Positions 1 to 34,600 of a stretch of 64,000 nucleotides of DNA are shown here, one piece after another; position 1 is the first letter of the stretch; each line of letters opens with the position of its first letter. The notes under the pieces are model-generated. The model did not search any database. It was not told the DNA's origin and was given only the letters and a program-made list of their open reading frames with translations. The position numbers and the translations under genes are program-made. Source of the stretch: Bugula neritina (lineage: Eukaryota > Animalia > Bryozoa); assembly GCA_964035545.1 (NCBI GenBank), contig OZ037767.1, forward strand, positions 6,402,707 to 6,466,706, in the 5' to 3' direction.

Positions 1-65
1 TGGCCTTTGTCAGGGCTCGAACCCATAACTGCGTGTTTACTACACAAACGCTCTAACCCCCAGGT
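1..65 (-). mobile_element. tRNA-derived SINE head (partial)
   Basis: Minus strand GGTTAGAGCG...GGTTCGAGCCC (A/B-box-like); aligns with 17140-17200. Confidence 0.65.
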
Positions 66-169
66 CCTTTCTAAAATTGGTTTGAGTTAATTCTTTCAGT
101 TGAGTTGAACAGTAATTTGTATTATCTGTTGTGGTAATCATTCACCACTTAAAACTCTCCATTTTACAG

Positions 170-18906
<18,737 letters not shown>

Positions 18907-19819
18907 ATATTGACTAGAAATGTTGGAGTTATGGCCACTCTTCTACCTAAACAGGACAACTCACAAGTTATGACCACCATTTATGCTTTACAGGATAATA
19001 CAAGTGTATTTGTGAATTTATTTAGTGTGGTGTGGTATACTTGTTTGCGTGATTATAAGTTGTAATCTATTTTTATATATCTTTTATAAACATATTGTAA
19101 AATAAAAAATAAAGCAATACTTTTAGAAAAATATTTTTTCAAATTTTAAACTAACAAAAATTATCTTAAAAAATTTCAGATACTTGCTAAATTTATCATT
19201 TGTTTATGTTGTTTGCAAAATAAATGTGTTTCATAAATTAATCGAGGAAATGAATCAAAAATCTAGACAGGCTTTAGCGCTCTAACCAGCAATACAACAG
19301 TAGGCTAATATGTTATGGTTTTATACTATTGCAGTGCATGCATGCAGACATTGATGATCATTACTATAGATGACTATTCACAGATGAGCTTGTCTAATTC
19401 TTTTTTATAATTAAAAACACATTTTTCAATAGAGAGAGAGTCTGTAATAAGTATTTAATATAATACTTGTTTTGTCGTAGATCTGGGCTGCAAAGCATAC
19501 GCATGCACACAATTATAGAGCATAGAGAAATTGCAATTTTAAGGATGACAAAAAATTGGATTATGTGATTAATAAACAAAAATGTTTGCTTAATTTTAAG
19601 TTTTGTAATAGAAACCACAATTAGAGAAATATAATTCTAATTTAGATTGACATGATAGTAATAATAATGCAAGAAATATAATATACATTAAGTATGTTTT
19701 CAGCAGTAGACATTGTGATTTGTAATATCCAAGTGAGCCGATGTGTCAAGATAAGTAGGAGTTTTATCACAGAAACTGGCAGCTGTGAAACGCGTCCCCT
19801 GACAGCAACCTTCTCGAAG

Positions 19820-22800
19820 TCACATCTTGCATGTTAACTCACAGTCTTGTATCGTTCTACAGAATGTCATTATTGATTGCTTTTAATTGTGCTTCGAATT
19901 AGCAAACAGTATTTGAAATATACAGTCAGTGGTCAAAAAGCAGCGCAGCGCAAATGCTATTTCTGAGTGTCGCAATTATACTAGTTATTGCAGACTATGT
20001 ATTATATACGTAGCTGGTCTAAATTTAGATTACTAATCATGAGAATGCATATTTCACTTTAATGGTAAATTAATTGCCAATTAGTTGCTAAATATTTTTA
20101 TGATAAGAAAGCATCCAACTTTTCACAGTTTTATGCAATAATAGGAAATGACACTTAGTTTTCAGACATAAATTAATGATTTCTACATGAACTAGCAACA
20201 TACTCAAATCTGTTCTCATTTCCTCTACAGCCTCCATATGTAAACCTCTGACACTGCCCTGATGTGGAGTCGTAATAGTAGAGTAAGATGCGAGCTTTAC
20301 ACGGCCCAGCTACAGCTGGTAGCTGACATGTTTCTGCTATCAGATCAGTGCATCTCTCATTACACTCTTCCAGAGTCCTGCAGAAAATGTGTGTTGCAAG
20401 ATGATGAAACCATTTTCAATTTAAATCTTAACAGTTTTTAATACTTTAATCGATATAAAACTATTTTTGTATATGTTATAAAATCATAAACTTTTTGCCC
20501 AATTTGCAATAAAAAACTGAATATAAAAAGTTGGATTTGTAATCATGTGATGCTTTATATATAAATTGCAAATTTCAATCAGTTGTGGTTATGACTACAC
20601 TTGATAGTATCATGGTAATACTGATGGAAACATTGGAAAAAAGCTGTTATACCAGAATGCATATTATCTAAAAATAACTATTTTAGCCATTCATTCAATC
20701 AATATTTGTGCCCATCTTATTTTATATAAAACAAAATAAATAAATTAATTAATTAAATTGCAAAATACTACTATATATAATAATTTTCTTAGAGTAATCC
20801 TTGAAGCCGCCAACTTTATATATAAATATAATCATAATAATAATTGTTATAAATCAACGCAACAATAATATTTTGAAAATGAAATAGTTACATATTAAAA
20901 TACAATCAATTTTATGCAAATGCTCAGACTGGGGCCACCTGAGATAGGAGTGTTTTGCAGATAACCAGTAAAAAGGCTTTTCAATAAGTTATTTGAACTT
21001 ACAAAAAGTTGTTTCCGTTTCTGAAACAGCCTCCATAAATGAATTGCTTGCACCTTCTTTCCCTTGCGTCATAGTAGTATCTGGGCATGCGGGCTCTGCA
21101 GGGCCCCTCTTTCTTAGGTCTTAGACACACACTGGTTGTGTTGCTGCACACTTTGTTACAGTATTCTAATGTGCTGTAAACAAAGTACAGGGTGATTACA
21201 GAATCATATTTCTGTTAAATAAGCAAAAGCAAAATTATGTTTTGCAGATTCTTTTTTTGCTACTAATCATTATACATTTAGAAAACAAAACAAAACTAAT
21301 AATGCAAGCTGAATGCATATTTTCAATATCAAAGCAACTGAAACTACATATACAGCTTTAAGATGTGCACCATACACTACATATACTTAAATGTGTTGCA
21401 TTTTGTAATAATATTCTAACAGCTGAACTACCTAAAAGTAGAAAAGTGCAATCAGAATTTTAAAGCGACGCTTAGAAAATCAGCCTGATTGCCTTAATTA
21501 GTGAACACATTATGTTTTGTATATTTGGTTATTGAAATATGGAGCTTCATATAGCAAAAGCAACCGGAAATCTTTATTTTTTTAGCTTAGCGTATAATTA
21601 CAGGTACGATAGCAGTAACAGGTTTACCAACATGACGGCTTAGGGCAAAGTGAAAAGATAATGACAGTATTTCATTCATTTCGCAACACTGCAGGAAATT
21701 CTAGCTTAAGTCGCTCTTTTAGTATTTTATAGGAGTTGCTTAGAGGATAATAGCATAAGTCACATCATAAATTAAAATCCAGTCAGGATAGCAATATAGC
21801 AAATCTTCTGAGTTTGCAACTCTTAGGTATTAAGTAGACATATGATTTGTAAGTAAGAAGCATTCAGTTTTCTTCAGTTTAGCTTTACTAAACAGCGTAC
21901 TGGCAAATAGCTTTGTTTAGTCCATTCTTTTTAATCAATTTATTGATAATAGACTGTTCAAATAATTGTTTTAATTTTGGTATAAATTTAAATGTTTTTG
22001 GGTACAAGTCTATATGCAGTCAGCTATAGTCCAGTATCTACATTAGGGCTTTGATATAAAAACTAAGCTAGTGTCACTCCTAATTACAACATTTAGCTAC
22101 TAAACTGAACTACTGATAAAAATTTATGCTATATGCTAAAAATTTTGTTTGAAAGAACTAAATTTTTAAACAACCTATTAAAATACTTCCAATTAATATT
22201 TTGATTCTACTGCTTTGTTTCATTTTAGATCTATTTTAAAACTTACTGAAAATTGTTTCCATTATTATCACAACCAGTCCATTCAAACTGCTCACACCGC
22301 CTTATGTCTGAGTTGTAGAAATATCTGGTAAGATTTTGACTGCAGCTGCCCAAAGAGCTTTCCTTCATGCAAATGTTATCTGCAGCACCAGAACATTATA
22401 TATCAGTGTTTTACGGTTTAATATAACAACAACACAGCAAGATTTTACTATAGTGCGAGTATCTGTAATAAATTTATTATATTCAACGTATGGATAATTT
22501 GTTTTTCAAGATAAAAATTTAAACTTGAAACTATTACAAAACTGACATATATAAATAAAGTAAAACAAAAATACTAAAAAAATATAATTTTTTATTTTAG
22601 TTTAAAACATTTGATGTTGAAAAATATGAAGCATTGTTACTGATATCTCAACCACCAGCATGGCCGTCTTCAAGCTAGAAAGTTGTTCTATAAAAGTCTT
22701 TATGCTCTGAAAACAGCCAATAAAACAACAATTATTAATAATAAATGGATATTTACCTGATGAATGTGTAGTAGCAATCAGATGAAACACTGCTACTCCT

Positions 22801-22826
22801 AAGAGCAGACACTGAAAGGCTGCCAT
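19820..22826 (-). CDS. K1: secreted triple Kunitz/BPTI-domain protease inhibitor (~194 aa)
   Basis: Exons 22826-22757 (signal peptide [23 protein letters not shown]), 22379-22247, 21173-21003, 20377-20204, 19856-19820. Three domains with the 6-Cys Kunitz pattern; loops GSCSQNL, GPCRARM, GPCKARI; motifs FEWTGC, FIYGGC, FTYGGC and NxNxF. Confidence 0.93.
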
Positions 22827-24920
22827 ATGTTCTGAATGCAGAGAGCAAATTATTACACAGTCTTTCTACCAAGATATGCAGAGTACTTCTGACTAAATGT
22901 GTACCAGCTTATCAATTACAAAATATTATAAAGCCAGCTATCCTGCAATATAACCTCTATGGTTTAATAGCATGAATCACACTGAGTTATCTCCCCGAAG
23001 CCTGTCATTTAATTGTAAATTATTGAGGAAATGCATTTCCTTGTTCCTCAAATGGTAAACTGCTTATCTTATTCTATATATTCAAAGCATGAATTAGACA
23101 AATTGTTTTAATGGTTTTTGTGTTAACAGCTATTTATTTGTGGTTAGTTTTAATTTAATTATTGCTCAAATGACACAAATTGTTATTATTTACTGCAGTG
23201 GAAAACTACGTATCTGACAACTTCTTTTAAATCAACATTCTCAATCCGCGTTAAAACCTTTTTACGTCCTTATGCCTTCAATTAATGTGATGTTTATGCA
23301 ACCAGTAAAATCAAACTCTTGATTCATACTAAAAATTCCTAAACATATGCATTAATTGTATCTTGACAGTACCTGCAGCATAATACGTATTCAGTAAGCC
23401 GCAACTTTACAAACATCCTGTTTAATGAGCTTTTAAACATTCTTTATAGAATTATTCACTTAATGCTCTAAATGTATATGCTAATTCTAACGTGTAATTT
23501 ATTACATTAAAAACCTCTGAAATTGAATAAATAAACATAAAATGAAAATAAATCAACTCAGATACAATGTCAACAAAATGAAACTTATGGATGTTAAAAT
23601 TAATTTCCTATGCCTAATTTGCAAAAAAAACTACAGGCTGTAACTGAGCACTTCTTGTTCCACTGCATATAAATTATAAAAATTGTTAGTTTACACATGA
23701 TTACTAGTAATAACAATAGGCTTATGAAATGTTGCATAGATATGCTGCTGTATTTATGTACAATACTCAACAAGTTCTACAGTAAATCTTATATTTGACA
23801 TCTGCAAGATGTTAGCAGCTGTCAATACATAAGCTGAATCAAAAAAGGATTCTCTGCAGATACGGATGTTAACTATGGTAAGAATTTTTAAACACACTCA
23901 TGTGTAATTTAAAAAATTGCATTCATAATAATTTGCTGCGATTTCTTGAGCTTTCATACTCTGACAAGTTATTTATTGATTATTATTATTCTACGTTGGT
24001 AAATAACTTCAAAAAGTATATCAGGATGTGACTAGTCAAATGTTGAAACAGCAACTGTTCTGGTAGATTTTTTTCGCCACAGTATTCTTGCTTCATTGGC
24101 ATCATGAAAACCACATATCAAACATATTATAAATCATTTCATTAATACGTAATTATAGTACTCGATGATAATTTAACAAAGCAGTTTACACATTGAATGA
24201 CAGTTATATTGCTACAGCAGAGTTCATCATACTATCTGTGACGTCAATGAAAATGTATGCAATACTTAAAACATCCATCCAGCTATGATGAAAAGTGATA
24301 TCCTATAACATGCATATTTCAGTAATTGTTCTTGAAGGATATGTTGATTTGCTAAGTTCAGATCCTGCACAATTGAGCAATTTTGGTTAAATGTATTGCA
24401 CAGGATGGACCTTTAATACTTCGGAATAAAAAAACATGACGCAGCAAGCTTATTTACAAAACAACCTATGCTTCTTCCAACTTCCCTTCATATTTCACCA
24501 AAAAAACAGTTACACAGATTGAAAATGGTCATCTGCATTTTTTGAAATATTTTTATCATATTATTTAAATACTGGTAAAATTGAATCTTTGAAATTTAGT
24601 AGGCCTACAAATCCGAAATATATGCAGTTATATCACCACAATATAGTTTAAAACGTATCTTTCAATAATATTCAGCGAATATAGTACCACTAGTTTATAT
24701 TACCCAGTAATTAAATGATTAAATGCAATGTATTATGTGCGCAAAGGCATGCATTGTGAATATTTGTGTAATAACCACCCCAAAAATATGACAGTATCTG
24801 TAAATATTCATGGCTATAAAAAAATTAATTCAATAGACATGAAATTAATTTAAATATGCTCACAAGCTGCAAACATTTTGAACCAGCACATCTATATATG
24901 CAGTAATTTTGTTTGCTTAG

Positions 24921-27514
<2,594 letters not shown>

Positions 27515-27568
27515 GGATTTTGTTCTTCTTGCAACAATCAGATGAATAAACAGCAAAACTTGAATCCA

Positions 27569-27578
27569 CTTATATATA
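27569..27578 (-). promoter_or_regulatory. Candidate TATA box of K2
   Basis: TATATATAAG on the minus strand, ~55-65 nt upstream of the ATG at 27514. Confidence 0.45.
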
Positions 27579-30500
27579 CTGCATACACTCACTTCCATGC
27601 AACTACTAAGTCATTGATCATAATCTTTAGCCTTAACACTTAAGATCTTTCAACAGATGTTAATGGTTGGTTTGTAAAGCACACTGGGTACCCTGAATAG
27701 ATAAATATTTTACATAAACGGTTTTTGATAGCAGCTGAAAATCTTTTCAATGTGACTAATGACTTCCCTCTTCCTGATGTAAACTCCATTGTTCCAATTT
27801 CTTTTATTATAAATTGTCATTTGTGTTACGATCTGATATCAAGACACTGACTGCCACAGTTCAATCAAAATCCATGTTAATCTGTAAACTTGGAAGTTGG
27901 ATTAGCGTATGGCCTACCTTGTTTCAATAAGTGTCAAGAATATCTTTTCACCACAGGTTGTTAGCTTTGCTTAGAAGGGAAATACAATCATGATCTTCTA
28001 AACTTACCTCCTTTAACCTTTGCCTAGGGTCTAAATAATATGTCTGAAATGTGGTCTACATGGCTTACGCATGTTGTATATAAGTCATATGCATTCATCT
28101 TGTATATGATATCATGTATGCAAGGTTGTAATGCTGTTAAGAAAATTAATAAAGAAATATAAAGCAAGTTTGAAAAATAAAACTGTCCATTAGATAAGGA
28201 TGGCAAGAATTTGAATTGCTCTTACAGCTTTCAGCAGCCAAACTGTTATTTTATGTGACATTCAGAGAGCCACATCTGGAACCTTAATTTTTAATTCAAG
28301 TGAAAAATTGGCTGCGACTTTTAGTGCACACAACTTATCCAGTAATGACTTTTCAAAAACCATTCACCTGCAGGCTTTTCTTAGCCTAGCTGGTTTCATA
28401 TCAATTTTCAATATTTCAAGACATATTTACATCATAATTTGCATTTCGTTTTTGTGAAACATTTTTTTGTGAAATGGGATTGGCAAAAGATTTTTGACAA
28501 AACTAACTACCTTTTCATGAGGTCAGTCAATGCATTTAACAAATTGAAGGAGGAGAGTTGGTTGTACCCACCGTTCTCATAGCTGCCATTTTATTCAAAG
28601 CTGCACATAGCTTACACTTTATTGACACAATAAATGTGAGGGTTATGTTATTTTTTGTTTTTATTTAATTAGAACTTGTTCAGGTAATACCTGTTATTAT
28701 TGAATGTAAATATAACTAGCTCATTTATACTTTATAAATGACATCCTTGTATATGGAAATATTATAGATTGTTGACAATAAGCAATACTTTGAGTTAGTT
28801 TGCATGAAGCATCTCTTCCTTGAGCATTAAGCGTCTGGCTGTCACAGTTACTATAATATGAAAAAGCATATTCAAGACATAGAGTATGCGTTTCTACATT
28901 TTGAAACTTATTATGCATTGGATATTATGTTTGTTTATTAATTTTACGTTGTGTACAGCTTCAACTAGGCTTACTTGTTGTAGAGTTCAATATACTATTT
29001 ACCTATGAACTCATTTAGACCAAAAGTTAGCTTAACTGTATTTTTTGCTTTTCAGCTTTATTGAAAGTTGCAAGCACTTTTAAATATAATAGTTATAATT
29101 TATGATGAACTAATATGTTTTATAACCATAGTTGTATAGTTGTAGTGCACTTATTAAAATTATAATAAATAAACTTTTAGCCTACGCTCTGTTAAAAAGT
29201 TTTTCACATCGTAGTTTGTTGAATTTTTGTACTGAACTGATTTCTCGATGTTTATGAAACATTGGTAAAGCACATTATTATAAGTGTCAACAGTGTATCT
29301 ACTGGCAAAAACAATTCTGTTGGCACTAACTCAGACAAGGCCTCAAATAATTGATTGATACGGACATACGATTTAGTAGCATGCTATACTATGTTGTGTA
29401 ACCTGATACAGATTCCTACGTGAATTGGACTTCCTTTATATCCTCATAAGTTGGCACTACCAGAATAAAATTTGATAGGCAAAGAATCTAAAATTAGTTC
29501 GCAATGGGTATTTATGAAGGAACTTCTATACTGAATTGTCTTTTAATGTGTACATATCCTTTTATATGCTTCAAACACAGAATACTAGCCAATTATTTTT
29601 ACATGAAAATGTTTGTGCTTATATATTGTCTTTATCTGTCTGTTGCAGAACAGTCTATAAGTTTTGCATGTTGACAAAATTGGAAAATCACATTAGCTTG
29701 CTATTTATTAAGTCTAATGACTTATAGTAAATTGACTAGACCTTATATGTTTGCCCAATTTTTTATGTTTACTAAAGACACATATAACTTTGCACACATT
29801 AGTATAAATGAAACAAAACAAGGTACAGGGTACAAGCCCTTGAGTAATAATTTTTAATATTGAGCTTTTGATTAAAACATAATTAATTTTCTAAGTTTCA
29901 GGTAACATGCTCTGTTTTTGAAAAATGACAAGTTTCTATAATTATATAAGCAATGTTACAAAAATTTCGTTTACAATAATTGCTTTCTAACAATTTTCTT
30001 ATAATTATATAAATCTTTACCTGCAATACCTAAGGATTTCTATTCATCAAAAGTATTACAGTTTTAGACATTTCTCACTAAAAGTCCCGAGGATATATGT
30101 TATAATTCACTCAAAATGTTATAAAATTGAAAATTTGGTGCTTGGCGTTAGATCATCAGATACGATAGAGCTGATGTGCTGGAGGGTAGTTTGTTATGTA
30201 ATTTCTGACAGTTTGTTCAAAATGCATATTACTCAAATCACTTAGTGCTACAAATAAGTGAATTTACTATTGATTACAATATGAGACTTTAAAAAGTTGT
30301 AGCATTAGTGAATTTGAGTTCAATAATATATTCACCATAAACCATGTATTCTTTTGATTAATTAATACTCCTTATTCATCAATTGTATTGATATCAAAAC
30401 AATAATTTACTATATTTTTCCTAGCTCTATTCACTGCTGACAAGTGCGCTACACAAATGTAACAAAATATTCACAGATGAATGTATAAGCTGTAATTTAC

Positions 30501-30893
30501 ATAATATATTACAATAATATATTATAATGTTACTACAGCGTATAAATAATGAAATCGCTAATTTAAATAAATTGACAGAAACTAAATTTACAAGATCATG
30601 TTTTTGCAAGTGTGCTGAGATTTTCCACCAGATGCCGTGTCTACTACATAAGTAAAAATAAGTATAATGGAGTCATGAGATCAGTCTTTGATAAACTTTA
30701 AGTGCTATACAAAACTCATGCAGTTCAACTTACTATTATACCATATGGTTCTGTGTACAAAATGCATGAATTTACTAAGGTGGTGCATTATAAGGGGGGG
30801 GGGAGCAACTATTCATCATATAAATTAAAAAACAAAAGGCAATTTGCTATCTTAAGCAGGCTATGCCTGTAAAAATAAACAACTTCTCCATAA

Positions 30894-30930
30894 AATAATA
30901 ATAATAATAATAATAATAACAATAATAATT
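30894..30930. repeat. (AAT)n microsatellite
   Basis: Directly visible. Confidence 0.9.
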
Positions 30931-31602
30931 CAGCTTCGCTTCATGTTCTCCAACTCACCAAACACACCTTATGACGTCATTGTTAAATGAGTTGGGCTCA
31001 CCACACTTCATATAATTAGACTACTTTCTACAAAAATCTTGTTGAAAGTATTCAAGAGTCGCCATATGCATGGCTAACTTTCATCGTAAATAAACTTATG
31101 CCGCTGCAGTATTTAAATATAAGAGATTAAAGCAAAATAATGCACCAGGAAAACACTTGCTATATTCATGCTAACAGCTGCAATAAATCCAGACCTAAAC
31201 AATTGCTACACAATGATTTATTGTAAGAGTCTATCATATAACAAATTATAGACCTAATCAGATCTTAAACATTACTCAAAAAAGATTTTAGTTGGACAGA
31301 ACTTATTCAAGTAAAATCAACATCCACCAGTCTTGATACAATACAATTTAAAAGAAATTTACAAAAATATTAGAAATGTATGAGAGAAAAAGTTATTTTA
31401 TAAAATGGGTAAAATAATAACGTACTGCTATACCAAAATAAAATGTAGCTCTATATAGCATATTTTAGGAATTAAACAGCAATTATATATAAACCACAAT
31501 ATAAAAAATAGATAAATATGTATTCATAAGTTATTACAGGCGCATGGTATCACACCACAGGTAATTGAAAATGGCTTTTGAGAAGTTGGGAAGCGGCCTG
31601 AG

Positions 31603-34600
31603 TCAAGCAGCTGGCTTGGGTTTGCTGCAAAAAGCTTGTCTTAAATTCGCTATCATTTTGATTTGGATCTGACTGCAATTCAATAACAGCTAGTATCAAC
31701 AACTGACATCTTTACTAACATCAGTTCAATTTCTTGATCAGACCAAATGATAAAACGTTTCAAAATTGAGTTATAATCAATTAAACAATGTTAATATTCC
31801 ATCAAAATAATATTAAAGTGAATAAACTTACATAATCAGTGAGGGAATGTCAAAAGCAATGACTGCCAGTATTGAGCCGAGACTCACAAAGAATATGGTG
31901 ATTGATATGTAAGGTGCCGCTTCATCTTCAACAGGTGGTAAGTTTACTGCTCGGCTCTCTTCTGGTATCAGAGTTGGGACTATCTCCACCTCTGAAACAT
32001 CAGAATCTCCTTCATGTTACACAGTAAACAATATTTTAGTCCGATTCATTTGACATAATTAGGAGTTGTTCTTCCAGCTGCTGAGCAGAATACTCCAGTA
32101 GGTAACTGACTAATGTCAAGTAAATACATTAAAATCACACATATGAGTTTACTATTTTATAGAGTGAAGTTAAAAAAAAGTGTGCCTAGAAACCAGCTGC
32201 CCTACATACATAGAAGAGATATGAAGACAATTGTCTATATAAGGATAGCAGAGTAGAGCAAGAAGAAGTCAGACAAAAAGTCTGTACAAGTTGTCAAGGT
32301 TGTGCAAAGTAAGATGGTGAATTGCTATCCAAATGATACATTTGTTGATATAAAAAGTGTGTAAGCTAAATTTGGAAAACCTCGTGGAATAGCTGTGAGT
32401 AAAATGTGATTGCTAAGAGTGGTAGAGCTTATGCGAGAGCAACAGCAGTTTGAGGGTAGTTGAAGACTTAATAAATGATGGTCTAGAAAGATAATGTTCT
32501 TCATAGAAAATTGCAAGTTTTTCTCTATATTATAATGAGGTTAGAGAAAATCAGAAAGTTAAAGAAACACATAACCTACACATACCTGGACATTTGCCTT
32601 CTCCAAAACACCACTCAGGTTCAACTTGTAGAAAGTAGACATCCTTACACAGTTCAGATATCTGTTCATCTTCTGTGAGATCACATTTCTGAGATCTGTA
32701 TCTCTTACCCCACTGGTTACCACAAGTAATACCACAAGAAGTCCAGTCTGTCCATGTGTTGCCACTTCCTGTTGAACATATAACAGAGTTTCACATGCAT
32801 ACTATAAATGAAAATATAAATGAAAATAAAGGTCATGATATTGCAAGATTTTAAAGGTAAAACCATAAAATCATATCCATCTATTAGTCTAGGGCCACAC
32901 GGTGCGTACTTTCGCAGACGAAAGTTTAAACCACAAGTAGAAAAGGTGTCCACTGTAGCGAATAAATTAGGTTTTCATTTTTAAATCCCACTCGCTTTCG
33001 ATAAAACGCAATTTATTGGAATGTAGCACTAAATTAAGAAAAGTAGGCTCACTGAAGAACTACCAGCCAATTAGGTGACGACCACAAAGACAATTCGCAC
33101 TTGCGCTCAGAATGCTGAGCGACAAGTGCGAATATTTTCTTAACGCATACAGTGGACACCTTTTCTACTTGAGGTTTAAATTTTCGCCTGCGAAAATACG
33201 CGCAGTGTGGCCCTAGGCTGAGTAGTTGATGAATAAACTGGTTGACTTACCACAAGATACTTCTCTTTTACTTTTACCAACACTTTTAACATACTCTGTT
33301 TCTCCGTCAACTGTTTCTGTAAAAGATGTGATATTTAAATTAATTGAAATAAATAAACATTGCATTTCACTGTATACAGAAGAAAGTTTTAGCCTATTTT
33401 ATTAACTATCTTTTAAAAGGTATAATTCACTAAATTTTACGCTAAGCCTAGGGCCACACTGTGCGCAGGCAAAAATTTGAACCACAAGTAGCAAAATGTG
33501 TCCACTGTATGCGTTGAGAAAATATTCGCACTTGTCGCTTAGCATTCTAAACGCAAGTGCGAATCGTCTCTGTTGTCGTCACCTAATTGGCTGGTAGTTA
33601 TTAAGCGAGCCCAATTTTCTTATTTCAGTTCAACATTCCAGTAAATTGTGTTTTATTGAAAGCGAGTGCAATTTAAAAATGAAAACTTCATTTATCCCGC
33701 ACTTGTAGCCATAACAAGGCAAGCAGTAAAGTTAAATGCAAATATTATTAGCTAGTAGTTTTTCGATCTCACTGACGCTACAGTGGACACCTTTTCTACT
33801 TGTAGTTTAAATTTTCGATTGCGAAAATAAGCACCGTGTGGCCCTACGCTTAGTCTTATGTCTTCCATATGCAAACGAATGTATGTAGTTTCTACTTACC
33901 TTCACACATGATTGTAAGATCAAACTCAGTAGGGACAGTCCCATTAATAAGACAACTCTTAGTGCACACATCTCTGTAACAACTCTTCTCTCTACATTTA
34001 TCTGTTGTACATCTGCTTTCTGATTCGTCAACAATACATTGCCAACAATCATCATCACAGGTTGACTTGCTCCATGATTCTGCTGTTCTGTAGCTGTTTA
34101 ATCATGTTTATGAAAATTGGTAGTAAACAAATTCACTTTTATATTATCTTGTTGCCATGTATAAGATAATGTTGGAAAGTCATATAATTATTATAGAATG
34201 ACCTCACATTAAGTAAAATATATACTACCTATACCTGTATTCACAGTATCTATTCCTAGTCTGGTTTGATCTTCCACATAACTTGACACTGTTCCACTCA
34301 TCCCACTCTCCCCATTGACCATACTTAGTGCAGGTATATGCTATGCAGGACTCATTAAACTCTGTCTGATTTCTGATTAAAATTTAGAAAGATTAATATT
34401 ATTAATTTGATTGTCTTATATTGTGTGTATCCCTCATATATAAAATGACTCATTCATCATACTCACTTAGTACTACAGATATCAGAGAGGTTAGGAGTAC
34501 TAGAACAATCAGCTACTCTAGTTCTGTTCTTGACACCACCTCTACCACAGTTATTATCATCTCTTAGACAGATAGACCAGGTGCTCCAAGGGTACCAGCA

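Noticed and set aside
27700-31500. Hidden gene between K2 and the gene B 3' end
   Set aside because: No phase-consistent exons or recognisable motifs were found; treated as intergenic sequence and 3' UTR.
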